The notes under the pieces: model-generated
What the model was told of the DNA's origin: nothing
Seen by the model: only the letters and a program-made list of their open reading frames with translations
Database searches by the model: none
Translations under genes and position numbers: made by a program
Assembly (NCBI GenBank): GCA_951406725.2
Contig: OX597821.1
Span: 101,866,001-101,930,000, forward strand
Direction: 5' to 3'
DNA length: 64,000 bases
From: Octopus vulgaris
Taxonomy: Eukaryota
Shown: positions 37,101 to 52,230 of the stretch, one piece after another
How the letters are laid out: each line of letters opens with the position of its first letter
Position numbering within the stretch: position 1 is the first letter of the stretch

Positions 37101-37236
37101 CCCTTTGAACCCTGACTTCCTGAACCTTATTTGACCATATATCTGGCTTCCAGATGCACTCCACCAGTAGAGCAGTGTTACGGTATAGAGAAAAATAAGC
37201 CATCCACTGATAAACTGGTGCTGCAGGCTCAAAGGG
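37101..37236. mobile_element. 136-bp piggyBac-type MITE
   Basis: TTAA|CCCTTTGAACC ... GGCTCAAAGGG|TTAA. Confidence 0.88.
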
Positions 37237-37696
37237 TTAAATATAAAAAAGAGTAATGAAACAAGTAAGTTTTTAAAGAAAAAGGACCACATGAGTGACT
37301 TAATTGGATGTCTCTTAAATCATCCTCTTCATCATTATCATTAACATCAGTTTATCAGTTTACATCCAACTTCCCATGATGGCATAGTTTGAATGAATCT
37401 TACTGCATCTTGCTTATTCATCATGGTCCTTGTCATCTTGTACATATAGCAACAGAAAAAAACTGGCCAACTTCCTTATCTTTTATCTTTTACTCGTTTC
37501 TGTCATTAAGCCTGTTGGGACACCACCTTGAAGAATTTTTAGTTGAATGAACTGACACCAGAGCTATTTTTTTTTAAAGCCAGATACATAGTCTGTTGGT
37601 CTCTTTTGCTGAACCACTGTTATGGGGATGTAAACACACCGACACTGGTTATCAAGCAGTGGCAGGAAACAAACACAGACACAAAGACATATGCAC

Positions 37697-37727
<31 letters not shown>

Positions 37728-40700
37728 CAACTGGCTTCTTTCAGTTTCTGTCTACCAAATCCATCACAAGGCTTTGGTCAGCCTGAGGCTATAGTAGAAT
37801 ACACTTGCCCAAGGTGTCATGTGGTTGGGAAGCAAACTTATTACTACACAGCCATGCCTGGCATATGTTGTTAGGGTTAGGGTTTCTTTTTCAGGATTTT
37901 TGTTTTTCTGCTAGATACTTTCCCTATCACCAAACTAATTTAGTGCATGGACTGAATAAATTTTATTATGCCACCAGCATGAGAGAGGTTGTCTGCAGGA
38001 AGACTAGAGACACCTGGGTCCAACCGAAAGGAAAACAAGGTGCCATGCAGTAGGAATGAACCTGGAACCACATTGTCAGGAAGCAAACTTCTTAAACATT
38101 CAGCCATGCCTGTTCCTATTATACACATATAAATACTGTTTCATCTTTGGACACACTGATGAAAGTGAAACAGAAGCATCTTGAAGATGCACTACATCCA
38201 ATTCCTTATTTATCCAACTATTCCCTCACCTCATTTGTGCTCTGCCATTCATGCTCACTTCTGAGTTCAAATTCTGCCGAAGTCAACTTTGCCTTTCATC
38301 TTTTTGGGGGTTGATAAATTAAGTATCAGTTGCATACTGGAGTTGATCTAATCAACTGCCCCCACCCCTCCCCCAAAATTTCGGGTTTTGTGCCTAGAGT
38401 AGAAAAGAATACACACACAAACAGACCATAAGATGCTCACTTTTTTTTTTTTTCCAATCATCACAAATTTTTATCAGTCTAAGCTCATATCTTGCAACCA
38501 TACAGCATCGCACTTCATACATAAACCTCATACAATCTTTCCTCTACTCTGAAGTAAAAGATAGATTATATGATGCTTGTATCTTTTGTTGCTAGTAGAT
38601 ATAATAACTCTTTGAACTTTTCCCACCATGTTCTTACTTAGGTTACTATGCTATCTGTACACCCATTCCTACTGCTAATTGGGTCACCTAAATAGCAGTG
38701 GATTAGTTATAACAAAAACTGTTAATTACTTCTAGGGAGCCTTTCTAAATATTTGAAGGAATTTATTTTGCATGCACTTTTACTGCTAATTACTCTGGTG
38801 TACCTACCACATAGAAAGTCAAACCTTTTCTGGCGGCCTGTGAATCTGCTAAATACACCATACAGAACCTCTATCCTTTCTCTAGGCACAGGCATGACTG
38901 TGTGGTTAAGAAGCTCACTCTGTGACCACATGACTTGGGGTTTATTCCATATTCCATGACAACTCAAGCAAGTGTCTTCTACTATAGCCCTGGGTCAGCC
39001 AATGCCTTCTGTGTGAATTTGGTAGAAGTCTGTAGTATGTGTGTGTGTGTGTGTCCTTGTGTCTCTGTTTGCCCCACTCTATAGCTGTTGTTAGATTTTA
39101 TCTTTTATTTGTTTCAGTTATTTGACTGTGGCCATGTTGGGGCACTGCCTTGAAATTTTCGTCAAATGTATCGATACCAGTACTTTTTTTAAAACTTACT
39201 CTCTATTGGTCTCTTTTGCTGAACCACTAAGGTACTGGGACATAAACACACCAACACCGGTTGTCAAGCAGTGATGGTGGAACAAGCAAAAATACAGAGA
39301 CCCAGGAAGACCTGGGACGAGGTGGTGAAGCATGATCTTTGAATGTTGGGCGGAGACGATGATGAGTGATTGAGACCTTTGGTGATTTGCTATGCTTGAA
39401 AAGACTTCTTAAACCAAGTGAAATCATAGTCATAGCTGGTGCTGGTGACACATAAAAGGCACTCGTTACACTCTTGAGGTGATTGGTGTTAGGAAGGGCA
39501 TTCAGCCATACAAACTATGTCAAATAGACAGACCTGGTACAGCTCTCCAGCTTACCAATTCCAGTCAGACTATCTAACCCATGCCAGCATGGAAAGCAGA
39601 TGCTAAATGATGATGATGATGATGATAATACATATATACAATGGGCTTCTTTCAGTTTCCATCTACCAAATCCATCTGCAAGGCTTTGGTGGGCCTGAGG
39701 CTATAGTAGAAAACACTTGCCCAAGGTGTCACACAGTGGGACTGAACCCTGAACTATGTAGTTGGGAAGCAGCCAGACATTTCTGTAACTTAACACTTCA
39801 GCAAAAGAGACTGGTAGAATAAGTACCAGACATAAAAATATGTACAGGGGTCCATCTCTTTCAAGACAGTGCTCCAGCATGGCAGCAGTCTAGTAATTGA
39901 AACCAGTATAAAAAGATTAAAAAAAATATATATTGAGCATGCCCAATTCCCTCATAACAGCAAGGTCCTGCTTTCTTTCCAACTTACTAAAACTTAAATC
40001 TTTGCTAAATTTACTTTGATGCCTTGCTATCCCGGGTTTTGCTTGCATGTCTGCATGCTAAACTCCTTGCTGAACTCATTGGAATAAGAGGGGAGAAGAT
40101 GATGAGGTGAACAATAGTAAAAGTAAGTGGTGGATGACAATAAGAAGTGACCCAGGAGAGAGTGAGTGATGACTGGCAATACAGAAAAGCTGAAGGTTGA
40201 GTGTATTGTGTACAAACAGATCTGATACATTTTCATTTTATACAGAGGCCTTGTGGATCATTGGAAGAAGATGATGATTGTAAACTTCTACTATCTATCA
40301 TTATATGAACTGCATGAATGATGGAGAGAAGAGACTGCATCCACAATTCAGGGGAGGTAGCAGGTGCAGATTTGACAGTATGTATGTATCTATATATCAT
40401 CATCATCATCATAATCATCATAGTTTAATGTCTGCCTTCCATGCTGGCATGGGTGGGACGGTTTGACAGGAGCTGGCTGGGCAGATGCCTGCACCAGACT
40501 TCAATGACTGTTTTGATAAGATTTTTACAGCTAGATGCCCTTCCTAACACCAACCACTTAGCAGAGTGGACTTAGTGTTTTTTACGTGGCACAAGCTCAG
40601 GCAAGGTTTTTACAGCTGGATGCCCTTCCAAATGCTAACGACATTACAGTGTAGACTGGATGCATTTTAAGTGGCACCTGGACTGACAGGGTCACCAAGT

Positions 40701-41239
40701 AACTTGCAAGACAAATATATATATATATATAAAAGCCTTTATGAAAATTGCTTAATACAGTTTTAATAAGTATAAAAAAAGCTGGGGGGTTTTTAAGCTA
40801 TAAATTCTTTATCAGAATGTCACTAACCTTTGTGGAAGAAGTTTCTTTCTAGTGTGAGTAGATGTTTTCGATTATCTTTTCAAACACATGTTCTTGGATA
40901 AAGTATGAAAGAGAAAGTTGTTATTTTTGGAGTAGTGGTAGTATTAACTATTTCCAGTTTATTTTCAGACTTAGGGTTTTCATAAAGTATTCTTCCTTTG
41001 TCTTTCATTGTTAATCATTTTTATCTAATATTTTGTAAAAAGGGAATATGTAAGATTTAGAATTCTTATAAAGTATTTGATCATATTTGATCATTTTTAT
41101 CATTTATTTTGTAAAATGGGAATATTTTAAATTTTCCATTTGCACAAATATCTAGATGTTTGCTGCTTGGGACTTTCCTAAGAGATAAATCCCTAATTTG
41201 TTGTTTATGCACATTTACACAACTATATATATATAGATG

Positions 41240-41605
41240 CAGGTGAGGGTGTGTGATAAGAAGTTTACTTCCCAACAACTTGGCTCCAGATTCAGTGCCA
41301 CCGCATAGCACTTTGGGCTAGTGCCTTCTATACCCCTCAGGCTGACCAAAGCCTTGTGAATGGATTTGGTTGGCAAACTGAAGATAACCTGTTGTGTGTG
41401 TATATATATGTGTATGTGCATGTGTCTGTCTGTCTGTATTTGTCTCCCACCATCGCTTGACAACTGGTGTTGGTGTGTTAACATCCCTGTAACTTAGCTC
41501 CAAAGGGAGTGATAGTATAAGTACTGGGGTTGATTCATTTAACTAAAATTCTTCGGGGTGGTGCCCCAGCATGGCCACAGTCTAATGACTGTAACGAGTA
41601 AAAGA
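41240..41605 (+). mobile_element. SINE family A
   Basis: Near full-length match. Confidence 0.8.
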
Positions 41606-41639
41606 TATATATATATAAAATGCCTTTTAGGCTCTATCA

Positions 41640-42160
41640 CTACAATCATTTTTGATATTCAATTTTCCATACTTGCACATGCAGTTGGGTCTTCTCCAGC
41701 ATTGAATATCCACAATCAATATGTTCCTTTTTCATCTCATTTGTGAGAGACAACATCTTGAGTTCAATCTCCATCCACTTCATCCAAAGTTTTCCTCAGT
41801 TTCCATTTTCCACAGATTCCATTCATTTTGAACATGTGGCACTTCTTTATACAGCTGTTATCTTCCAGATGCATCACATACCTGTATATATGATTCCTCT
41901 TATGTTCAGTTTTTCCAAAGCTTATTTGTATTCCATCATTCATGTGCCTTAACATTACACATCCAGTGAAGTATGCTTGTTTCATTTCTTTCTTGTCTTT
42001 TCAGATCCTCTGTATTCAAGACCCATGTTTCAGTGCCATGCAGCATCTCACCACATGCACATGTATCACATAATTCCCCCACCGCTTCACTTTGAGGGAG
42101 AGATCATTTGTTGCTAGTACAGGCAGTAGCTACTTTGACCTTTTCCAACCTCTTCTTTCT
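41640..42160 (-). mobile_element. Degraded RTE LINE fragment
   Basis: Minus strand LHGTETW and MHLEDNSCIKKC...G..RKT motifs. Confidence 0.75.
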
Positions 42161-42210
42161 CTGGATACCATGCTTTCAGTCACCCACCTCCACTATCAAT
42201 TGTGTCTGTG

Positions 42211-42280
<70 letters not shown>

Positions 42281-42398
42281 CATTACTTTATTTCCATATA
42301 AAAATATCTCAGAGTACTCAAGTGTATGTGTGTATAAGGTAGGAAAGAAATTTTTACTTAGAAATTTATACATAGAAACATATGTATGTGTGTGTGTG

Positions 42399-42462
<64 letters not shown>

Positions 42463-44109
42463 AAAGGGAGCGAGAAAGCAAGTAAAATGTTACAAATAAT
42501 GATAGAAATAGTAAAGATCAATCAGATATTGGATGAATAAGGAAAGGGAAAATGACACTTACATAAAAGTTTTATTGGATTATAAAGTTATGCTGAATTT
42601 CTTAAGTAGCATATTATTACTGACATCTAACATCTAACAGAACCGTATACTTAATTACACATAACAAAGTCATTTTCTAGACAGATGTCTGTTACGCTTA
42701 ATAGAATAGCTTGTTATATATTACAGTGTTACATTTTGTTCATAGCAGGTTTTTAAAGAAGACAAAAAAAAAAATTATTACCTTCAATATTCCATTCTCC
42801 AGCATGCTTGTTACTACTGTTCTTGTTGTTGATAGTATTGTAGCTGTTGCTATTGCAGCAGGCCTGTCTGCTTCTGTCACTTCTGTTAATGTCAATGTAT
42901 AATAATTTTCAACAGCTTAGCAGAGAAACGGGTCAATGCCAGCCAACAAAAAAATATTTGATATCACATGTGGAGTAATTATTGTAGAGCTATCTGCTCC
43001 ATAATTATTTATACACAGATGAGTGAATGTACAACTGGACACATTTGTATGGGAATAACTTGCTGGAGTTCCTAGAGAGACTCTATTGTCTTGTCATTCA
43101 ATTGTTATTATATGGTAATTAATTAGTTTCTATTATATATTAATTAGATTTTAATTTAATTAACTTTGATTTTTAATATTTGTACAAAACTTTACATTTC
43201 GAGGAAGAGTATGGTTAACCAAATTAATCACGTTACTTTATTTTATTGACCCTGAAATCATGAAAAATAAAGTTGACCTTGGCAATATGTGTACTCAAAA
43301 TGTAAAGGTTCTTAGTTAAATATCAAGTGGCATTGTGTTTGTGTCATTCCATGTAATGTAGCGAAGCTGACAAAATCATTTGCATATTGGTCAAAAATGC
43401 TTTGCAGTGTTTCTTCCAATGCTTTTCATACTGAGTTCCAATCTCTCTGAGGCCAATTTTACTTTTCATCCCTGAAGTAGCAGTCAAGTATTGGGGTCAA
43501 TGTAACTGACTTATCCCTTTCCCTCACAATTACTGGCCATGAACCCTGCAACAGACTGGCATCCTCTTCAGGAAAATGCTGTGATCTTTGTTACTTATAG
43601 CCATGGAAACCAGGCAATCGGTCTTATGTGTCCTAAGGCTGATGATAAAAATTATATCATCATTATCATTTCATGTTTGTTTTCCATGCTGGCATGGGTT
43701 GGACAGTTTCCCAAGAACTGGTAAGGCCAGAGGCCACACCAAGCTCCATTGTCTATTCTGGCATGATTTCTACACCTGGATGCCCTTCCTAATGTCAACC
43801 ACTCCACAGAGTGTACTAGGTACTTTTTATGTGGCACCAGCATCAATATCAATTCTGCTGTGGTGGATGGGTCTTCTTGAATACAGCAAGGTACCAGATA
43901 TCACGGTCCTTTGTCATCTCTTTCATAAGGATCAGTGTCTTGAGATCAACCTCCAATATTTCATTCCATGTCTTTCTAGGTCTTCCTTTTCCACAAGTTC
44001 CATCCACTTTAAGTGACCAGCACTTTTGTATGCAACTGTCTACATATTATTCGTAAATTGAGTCAAAATCACTGTTATACATTATATCTTAAATTAGTTA
44101 ATGTTGATT

Positions 44110-44346
44110 TCTTATTTCTTTACTGTCCACAAGGGGCTACACACAGAGGGGACAAACAAGGACAGACAACCGGATTAAGTTGATTATATCAACCCCAGTG
44201 CGTAACTGGTACTTATTTAATCGACCCCGAAAGGATGAAAGGCAAAGTTGACCTTGATGGAATTTTTAACTCAGAATGTAGTGGCAGACGAAATAACGCT
44301 AAGCATTTCACCTGGCGTGCTAACGTTTCTGCCAGCTCGCCACCTT
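44110..44346 (-). mobile_element. SINE family B, full length
   Basis: Matches the 7830-8059 copy. Confidence 0.88.
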
Positions 44347-44835
44347 ATCATGTTGATTTCTAATATAGGAACAAAGTATCAAATTCAATGAATGTGTATG
44401 ATCAATTAGATTGAATCAGTCCTCAACTTGTATTGATCTTATTGATCTTAGAAAGGTAAAAAATAGTCAATCTTTGTGGTACTTGAACTCAGAGCATAAA
44501 AATATGCAATTAAGCAACACCGGGCATTTTTGTCTGTCACTGTACCAATTCTGCCAATACATTTATATATTTAATATGATATTTTTATAAAGCCAATGGT
44601 TTAGAAAACTATGGCATTGTAGTTGGAAGCATATTAAACCTTTTGGTACCAATGTCCCTGGGTTTATGATGCAAATTGCTTGCTTTAAAGTGATCTCAAT
44701 TGAAATTTTCCATCAAAATTTCAGGTTGATTTATGTTTCAAACACTAGCTTGATAATAAACTTGCACATTTTCAAAAATTAACTGAAATGACACCAGTGT
44801 ATTTCAACAAAAGTATGGTAACAAAGAGAATTAAA

Positions 44836-45270
44836 TCATCATCATCATCATTTAATGTCCGCTTCCCATGCTAGCATGGGTTGGACGATTTGACTGAGGA
44901 CTGGCAAAACAGATGGCTGCACCAGACTCCAATCTGATCTGGCAGAGTTTCTACAGCTGTATGCCCTTCCTAATGCCAACCACTCTGAGAGTGTAGTGGG
45001 TGCTTTTATGTAACCACCAGCATGAGGGCCAGTCAGGTGGTACTGTCAATGGCCACGCTCAAATGGTGCTTTTTATGTGCCACCTGCACAGGAGCCAATC
45101 CAGTGACACTGGCAATGACCTCACTCGAATGTCTTTTCACGTGCCACCAGCACAAGTGCCAGTAAGGCGACGCAGGTAACAATCATGCTCGAATGGTGCT
45201 TTTTATGTGCCACCAGCACGTAGGCCAGTTTGTTGCTCTCGCAACAATCACACTCATATGGTACTCTTAG
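44836..45270 (-). mobile_element. RTE 3' UTR/tail copy
   Basis: (cat)n tail, ccatgctagcatgg palindrome and tandem units as in 2600-3042. Confidence 0.85.
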
Positions 45271-48200
45271 AAATTAAAATAAAGATTACACTTATACCTT
45301 AAAAACATTTGATAATTTACTATTTCAAGTGAAAATGTCTATATTCAGAGAGTGACAGATTTGGTGGAGGTGTGTGTGGTTGACTAATAATTTATTAGTA
45401 CTTTATTTTATTAATATAGTAACTGTGTGGTAAGAAGTGCATTTAATATATTTAATTTAAAAAGGTGGCGAGCTGACAGAAACGTAAGCATGCCAGACGA
45501 AATGCTAAGTAGTATTTTGTCTGTCTTTATGTTCTGAATTCAAATTCTGCTGAGGTCAACTTTGCTTTTCATCCTTTCAGGGTCGATAAATTAAGCACCA
45601 GTTGCGTACTGGGGTTGATCTAACCGACTGGCTCCCTCTCTGCAAAATTTTGGGCCTTGTACCTTGAGTAGAAAAGAATATATTTAATTTAATCAATTTC
45701 TATTATCATTACATATTTTACTAATTAGTTACTATTTACAAATATATTTGTCCTTATATTCTTTTACTTGTTTCAGTCACTGGTCTATGGTCATGCTGGG
45801 GCATCCCCTTAAAGGATTTAGTCAAGTAAATCAACTCCAGTACTTATATTCTAAGTCTGTTACTTATTCTACCAGTCTCTTTTGCTGAACTGGGGATGTA
45901 AACAAACCATCACCAGTTGCCAAGCAGTGGGACACACAACACATACATGACATGCTTCCACTGTCTACCAAGGTCATATGGTTGCAAAGCAAGCTTTTTA
46001 ACCACACAGCTATGCCTATTTAATTTAATTTAGTTAATTGAATTTAATTTATATTTCCATTATGTATTTTATTTAATTTGTTCATGTTGCTGTTATAAAT
46101 TTGAATTAGTTTTGTTTATATTACCATTATTAATATTTTTACTATTATTTGGCAAAGAAGAACATTGTAGTAGTTGAGATGATAAGCACTGGACAAAATG
46201 TGCTTCTGTATTCCGGTCTGCTGGAATCAATTTCAATTAATATTGCTCTCTGGTCGATAAAATAAGTATGAAGCGTGAATAGCTTATCTTCTATAAAGCC
46301 ATGGCTTTGTGCCAATCAAGAGCTGTGGTGAAACAGAAATCAAAGAAATCTAGGCTAAATGTCTGTTAGTTTTTTAGGTCCATTTCTCTATGTTGTGGGT
46401 TCAAATCTCAGTAAGGCAAAATAGTCACATGTCTGTAATTTTATATCATTCATTCTGGAGATGATATATTATTAAAGATTTATGATCATATATGAATATT
46501 AGAAATGCTTATCAGCAATTTTCTTTAAGATGAAATTATACTACAGTTAAGAAGTTTGCTTCCCAACCACATTGTTTGAGGTTCAGTTCCACTGTGTGAC
46601 AGTACTACTATAGCCCCAGGCTGACTTAAAGCTTTGTGAGTGGGTTTGGTAGATGGAAACTGAAAGGACCTCATCATATGTATGTATGTCTGTGTGCTTG
46701 GGTCTCTTTGTCATGACATTACATGATGATTGTAAATGAGTGTCACATTTTATACAAGCATTCTTATTCATTTCCACTATTCTACAAAATCATGTCTTGC
46801 CATGAGGGAATTATTACCTTGCTTGGAAACCAATTGGTTGGATTATAGTATTAAAGGAGGTGCAAGTATGATAGAGAAACAGGAACAGGTGTCTTGCTGA
46901 AGAGCTGAATACATGGCTTCACTAGATGGAAGGAAATAGTGAGATGATGAAGGCATTTAAATCCTTCAAGAGTCAATTTTTGCCTTCATTTCCTTGTGAG
47001 TTGATAAAATCAGTAGGATTACTGAGTGTATGTGTAATCTATCAGATCTACTTCTGTTCAAAAACTGGCCTACTGCTTAGTGAATGGAAACTTGCCATGA
47101 TGACATGGAAAGTGAGCATAGAGAAAAACATTCTGGTGTATGAAAGGTGGACGATGTGGAGGAATGATCCAAATCTCTTTCATCATTCTTGGATTAATAA
47201 AACAAATACTAGCCAAGTACTAACATCAATATAATTGATTATACACCCATCACTGAAACTCTGTGGCTTTATGCCAGTGTAAGAAATAAATGTAACTAGT
47301 ATTATGAGTTAGTAAATTAGCATTGGATTCAATTAATTTAAACAATACCAGTATTGATTTTTGCGTTACATAACTCTGGGGCTATTAAAATAATTACCAG
47401 TAATACACTGACTCAATTCAGTCAACTATACTCCAATCTGTGCAAAATGTCCCTAGACATATGCATAACTAGCCAAAATCCATTTTATGATATTCAGCAT
47501 GTGGCCATGCTGATATAAAAACTGCTAATGTCTTTGAAATAAAGTGAAATTAAATTAGGAAATACAATTACTGCTCATTTTTCAAACTGGAAAAGGGAAA
47601 TAAATTGTTTGCTCATAAATATATGACAAATTACAGCATTTGTTGGACTTCCATTAGCGTAAGAAATAAAATTATTTATTTTGCACAACCAGATTGGTGA
47701 ATTGGCAGAAATCTATATTCCAACTTAAGATTTCTGCCAACGTTAACTTTGCCTTTCATCCTTTTGATGTTGATTCAATTGATTTTATTTTCTCTCTCTC
47801 ACACACATACTCATACACACAGACACACACACACAAACTACCTCATGAAAAGAAGTTTATATTTTGCTCCAACAATCATTAATTTATTACCCAAAACGAA
47901 AAAATATTATAAAGTAATGAATTTTAATATAAACAATGTATTGCTAAACAATAGGGAAACAATGGGTGAACATAAATAATAGACTTTAGAAACAAAGTCA
48001 ATTTTATATTAAGTCTTCATTGTTGATGGCTTTGGTGAGTCTCAGAAGGTGATGGAAATTTCTTTTTGTCTTCTCTCTTTTTCTTACACCCTCATTACGC
48101 TGGCATAATGTGGGTGTAAGAAGGGAGGAATCATCATTTAACGTCTTCCCTCCATGCTAGAATGGGTTGGACAGTTTGACAGGAGTTGGCAAGGCCAGGA

Positions 48201-48349
48201 GCCACACCAGATTCCATTGTCTGTTTTGGAAAGGTTTCTACAGCTGGATGCCCTTCCTAACACCAGTCATTTTTGAATTGGTCTAGTTACTGTATAACAT
48301 TTGCAAATGATTGTGTAGGCCTATTTGAAAGTGGCAGTCCTTATTGTGG

Positions 48350-48900
48350 CAGCCTTAAATGAAAACTGAATCACTGTGTGGAGCTGATGCTTTCTATCTT
48401 CATCTCCTTAGTGCTCAAAGTTGAAATTAATGTCCTTTGCTGTTTTCTCCACTGTCTTCACAACATGCTTCTAGAATAAATGATTTGAGGTTATGTTCTT
48501 TCATTACTAAATTTCAATGTGCTCTACATGAAGGCCCTTTTGTGTGCATCCTCATATCTCAGGTAGGGATAGCCTTTTTGGTGTGAATCTGCACTTAAGC
48601 TGGACATATAATAGATCCTTAAAGATATAGCTTTCATCCATATAGCACTCATGACCAAGCCATTACAGGTAATGCCACTGAGGTTTGGAGATGTGACCTT
48701 AAACCCTGTTCTGCCAAAAATGTCAGAGTTGGTGACATAGTCTTCTTATGTGATACTCAAGATTTTTCCAAGACAGATTATGTGAGAGACATTTAAATAT
48801 CTATCTTAGATGATATATATTAACCATGTTTTGTTATTAGATAGAAGAGTACTGAGGATGCAAGCTTGATAAACAACCAAATTGGTGTTTAATGTCAAGT
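48350..48900 (-). mobile_element. Degraded RTE (BovB-like) LINE fragment
   Basis: VVYQACILSTLL...TW, WLGH and KDLLY motifs in the minus-strand translation. Confidence 0.7.
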
Positions 48901-50541
48901 AACAATCATATTTGATTGTATAGCCACTTTAAATGTTATACTGTGTATTTATTTTCATCAAGTGTATTTGTATTATGACACATATTAACTACACAAACAG
49001 TTGTGGCATAAATATAAGAGATATTGAAGCATCTTTCCACAGCAACTATGCATACCTATAACTTTGCCAAAATCACATCCCAAAAGGTAAACTTCGTTTT
49101 TGTTAGTCAAAGCTATATAAAATATATCTAGCTAGAAGCTGAAAACATAGTAGCCATTCTTGTCAGGTGATTGAAAAATTTAAGCCCAAGGTAAAAAATT
49201 AGAAGAGAAGTTTTTGTCAATTCCAATTAAGTGAATACTAATTACGTGCAGTTATTGAAGCTATTTGAACCAGGAATTGACAGTTCTCAGCAGAATTTAT
49301 CATCCTGCTTTTCCATGCTTCCAAGGATCAGATAGAATTTTTAGTGGCAGATTTCCTATAGCTCAAATCCCTTCCTGTTGCATACTCTCGCTTGTTTTCA
49401 GAGAATATTGGAAATGAACAACACTGCTTGTATGACAGTGATGCTTATTTACAACTATCCTGTCAAAATTCAGGAACAAGCACACACACACATGCATTTA
49501 TGATGCACTTCTTTCAGTTTTTGTTCAGTAAATCCACTCACAAAGCTTTTGTTGGCCTGAAGTTATAGTAAAAGGCACCTGCCCAAGGTACCATGTAGTG
49601 GGATTCAACCTGAAACCATGTGGTCAGGAGGCAAATGTTTTTAATCATATAGACATGCCTGCACATACAACAACAATGTATAATATACATAAATGGTTAA
49701 ACTTCCTATGTTCTTCCTGGAAAACTTCAAGTATCTGATTTATTGCCATTTTACCATAAATTGTCTGATTTATGATCAAAGCTGTCCAAGGATTTAAAAC
49801 ATGTAAATTATTACTTCAGTTTAATTGCTTTGACATGCAATCAGTCTTACTTGAACATTCCTCTCTAACTTGATCAAACAAAGCAATTTTAATAAACAGT
49901 AAATTATAATACCCTGTTTAACACCATCGTCTGATATGCTTAATGGGGTTTTGCAAACACCCAGATCAATCTTTTAGCAGCTTTTGTCATGACTCCATGC
50001 TATCTTTTAGTTATTTATTATTTTTTTTACTTGTTTCATTCATTAGACTACAGTCATGCTGGGACACCACCTTGAAGAATATCGAGTCGAATGAATTGAG
50101 TCCAGTAATGTTTTAAGCTTGGTACTTATTCTATCAATCTCTTTTACCAAACTACTAAGCTATGGGGATGTAAACACACAAAACCAGTTGTCAAGCAGTG
50201 GAGAAGGGACAAACACAGATACACACACACACATCGTCATTATCATCATCTTTTAATGTCCATTGTCCATGCTGGCACAGGTTGGACAGTTTGACCAGGG
50301 ATGGTAAGCTGAGGGGGCTGCACCAGACTCCAGTCTGATTTGGCATGGTTTTCTATGGCTGGAGGCCCTTCCTAACACCAACCACTCCAAGGGTGTAGTG
50401 GATGCTTTTATGTGTCACTGGCACAGGTGCCATTTGCGTGACACCAGTATCCACTATGACTATGATTTCTCTTGGCTTGATGGGTCTTCTCAAACACAGC
50501 ATATTACCAAAGGTCTTGGTCATTGCATATATATATATATA

Positions 50542-51743
50542 TAGGGTCATCCCATAAATAATGTTGTTTTTTTATACTTCTTTTATTTTATAAATTTAGA
50601 CAAAGGTTTTTTTTAATTTAAAATATGCTCTCTTTCATTTTCTAATGTTCTTCCATCTATCTGGTAGACTTGCAAGTTCCCTCTTCCAAAATTCACTTGT
50701 CTGTGATGAAAAATACTCCTCCAGTACTGTTCTGACCTTCTCTACAGAATTCATGTATTTTCTGTCCAAATGATTTTAAAGACTGCGGAATAAATGATAA
50801 TCAGATGGGGCAATATCCGGTGAATATGGTGGGTGGGGCATTGTTTCCCATTCAAACTGCTCTAGCTTTTGGAATGTCATCTTCACTCTATGTGAATGAG
50901 TATTATCCAGATAGAACACTTTTTGTCTTAAAACCAAAGATGGTTGTTTATCTTCTAGTGCTAACTTAAGCCACTCAAACTACTTGCAGTAATCTCCTTT
51001 GTTATTATTTGATTTGAGTTTAAAAGTTCAAAGTGGACCAAACCTTTCATATCCCACCAAACATAACAACACCTTACATGGGTGAAGACCTTCTTTAGGC
51101 TGGGGTGCTATTATTCCTCCTTTCTCTACCCACTGTGTTCAGCACTTAACATTTTTATAGAGAACCCATTTTTCATCACCAGTCACTATTCAGTCTAAAA
51201 AAGGTTCATTCGTGAGATGTGACAGCATGGTGAGGAACACATTGTCCCAATTTGCTGACTTTTCCCATGGCACGCAGATGCCAATGAATGGCTGAATGAC
51301 CAAATCCAAGCTGCTCTGCTAGTTCCTCAACAGTTATGATAGGATTTTGTTCCACCAAGGTTTGCAGGACGATAGAATAAGTACTACAGATCTTCCAGGA
51401 TGAGGCTCATCTTCTAGGCTGTAGTTTCTGGTTTGGAATTTTTGGAACCACTGTTGACACTGGCTTACGCTTATTGTCCAAACCCCATATACTGCATTAA
51501 TATTCCTCACAATTTCAGTTGCCTTTATTAAACTCATAAAACGAAATAAGCCAAATATTCTCCTGTTATTTCTATTATAGCTCTGAAAAAAATCTAACTG
51601 CACTCTTCAAAACTTGCACTAAGAATAAGTACAAGGTAAAATTACTACCTGCTTTTATAGCAAGTTGATGCAGGTAGTTTATCTCATTCTCCTCCAACTT
51701 TTAGTTCATGCAATTGAAAAAACTGCATTATGGAATGACCCAA
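50542..51743 (-). mobile_element. Mariner transposon, near full length, inactive
   Basis: TA-flanked TIRs tagggtcatcccata / tatggaatgacccaa; SKLGQCVPH (WVPH), IVTSDEKWVLY and PHPPYSPDIAPSDYHLF motifs; frameshifts and stops. Confidence 0.92.
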
Positions 51744-51746
51744 TAT

Positions 51747-51788
<42 letters not shown>

Positions 51789-52195
51789 ACAGGCTTCTTT
51801 CAGTTTCTGTCTACCAAATCCACTCACAAGGCTTTGGTCAGAACCATTGTACTTGGGAAGCAAACTTCTTTCCATACAGTCACACCTGTGCCTATGTTAA
51901 TAAATTGTTGAATTAATATTTGTGCATTAACAAAATTTTAGTACACATCTACTAGAAATGTTCCATATGAATTGTCCACAAGGTTGGTTTACATTCCAGC
52001 TACTTTTGCAGATATTTCAAAGGAATTACCAAGCCCTAACTGCCTGTGCAGCTCACTGATCTCCATAATATACTGTGAAAACTGGTGGTACATTACAAAC
52101 TCATTAAATTCAGAGGGGAAAGAGTGTATGTATATATTTCAAAATGTAACATGTGAATCGTTGGCAATTTTCTTCCCTTTTGTTCGACTTTTCCT

Positions 52196-52230
52196 GTTTC
52201 TGAAGAAGAGCATTGCTCAAAATGTTAAAC
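52196..52230 (+). ncRNA. CpG-decayed minimal type I hammerhead (Penelope-type)
   Basis: GTTT-CTGAAGA-A-GAGC-att-GCTC-AAAA-TG-TT-AAAC; reverting two CpG transitions gives GCTC-GAAA-CG-T. Confidence 0.55.

Noticed and set aside
38150-38195. CTGATGA-aagt-GAAAC
   Set aside because: No stem II and no compatible stems I or III.
8038-42485. Numerous ORFs with YIYI, CVCV, HTHT or MCMY runs
   Set aside because: Translations of (TA)n, (CA)n and (TGCA)n microsatellites and SINE bodies; not genes.
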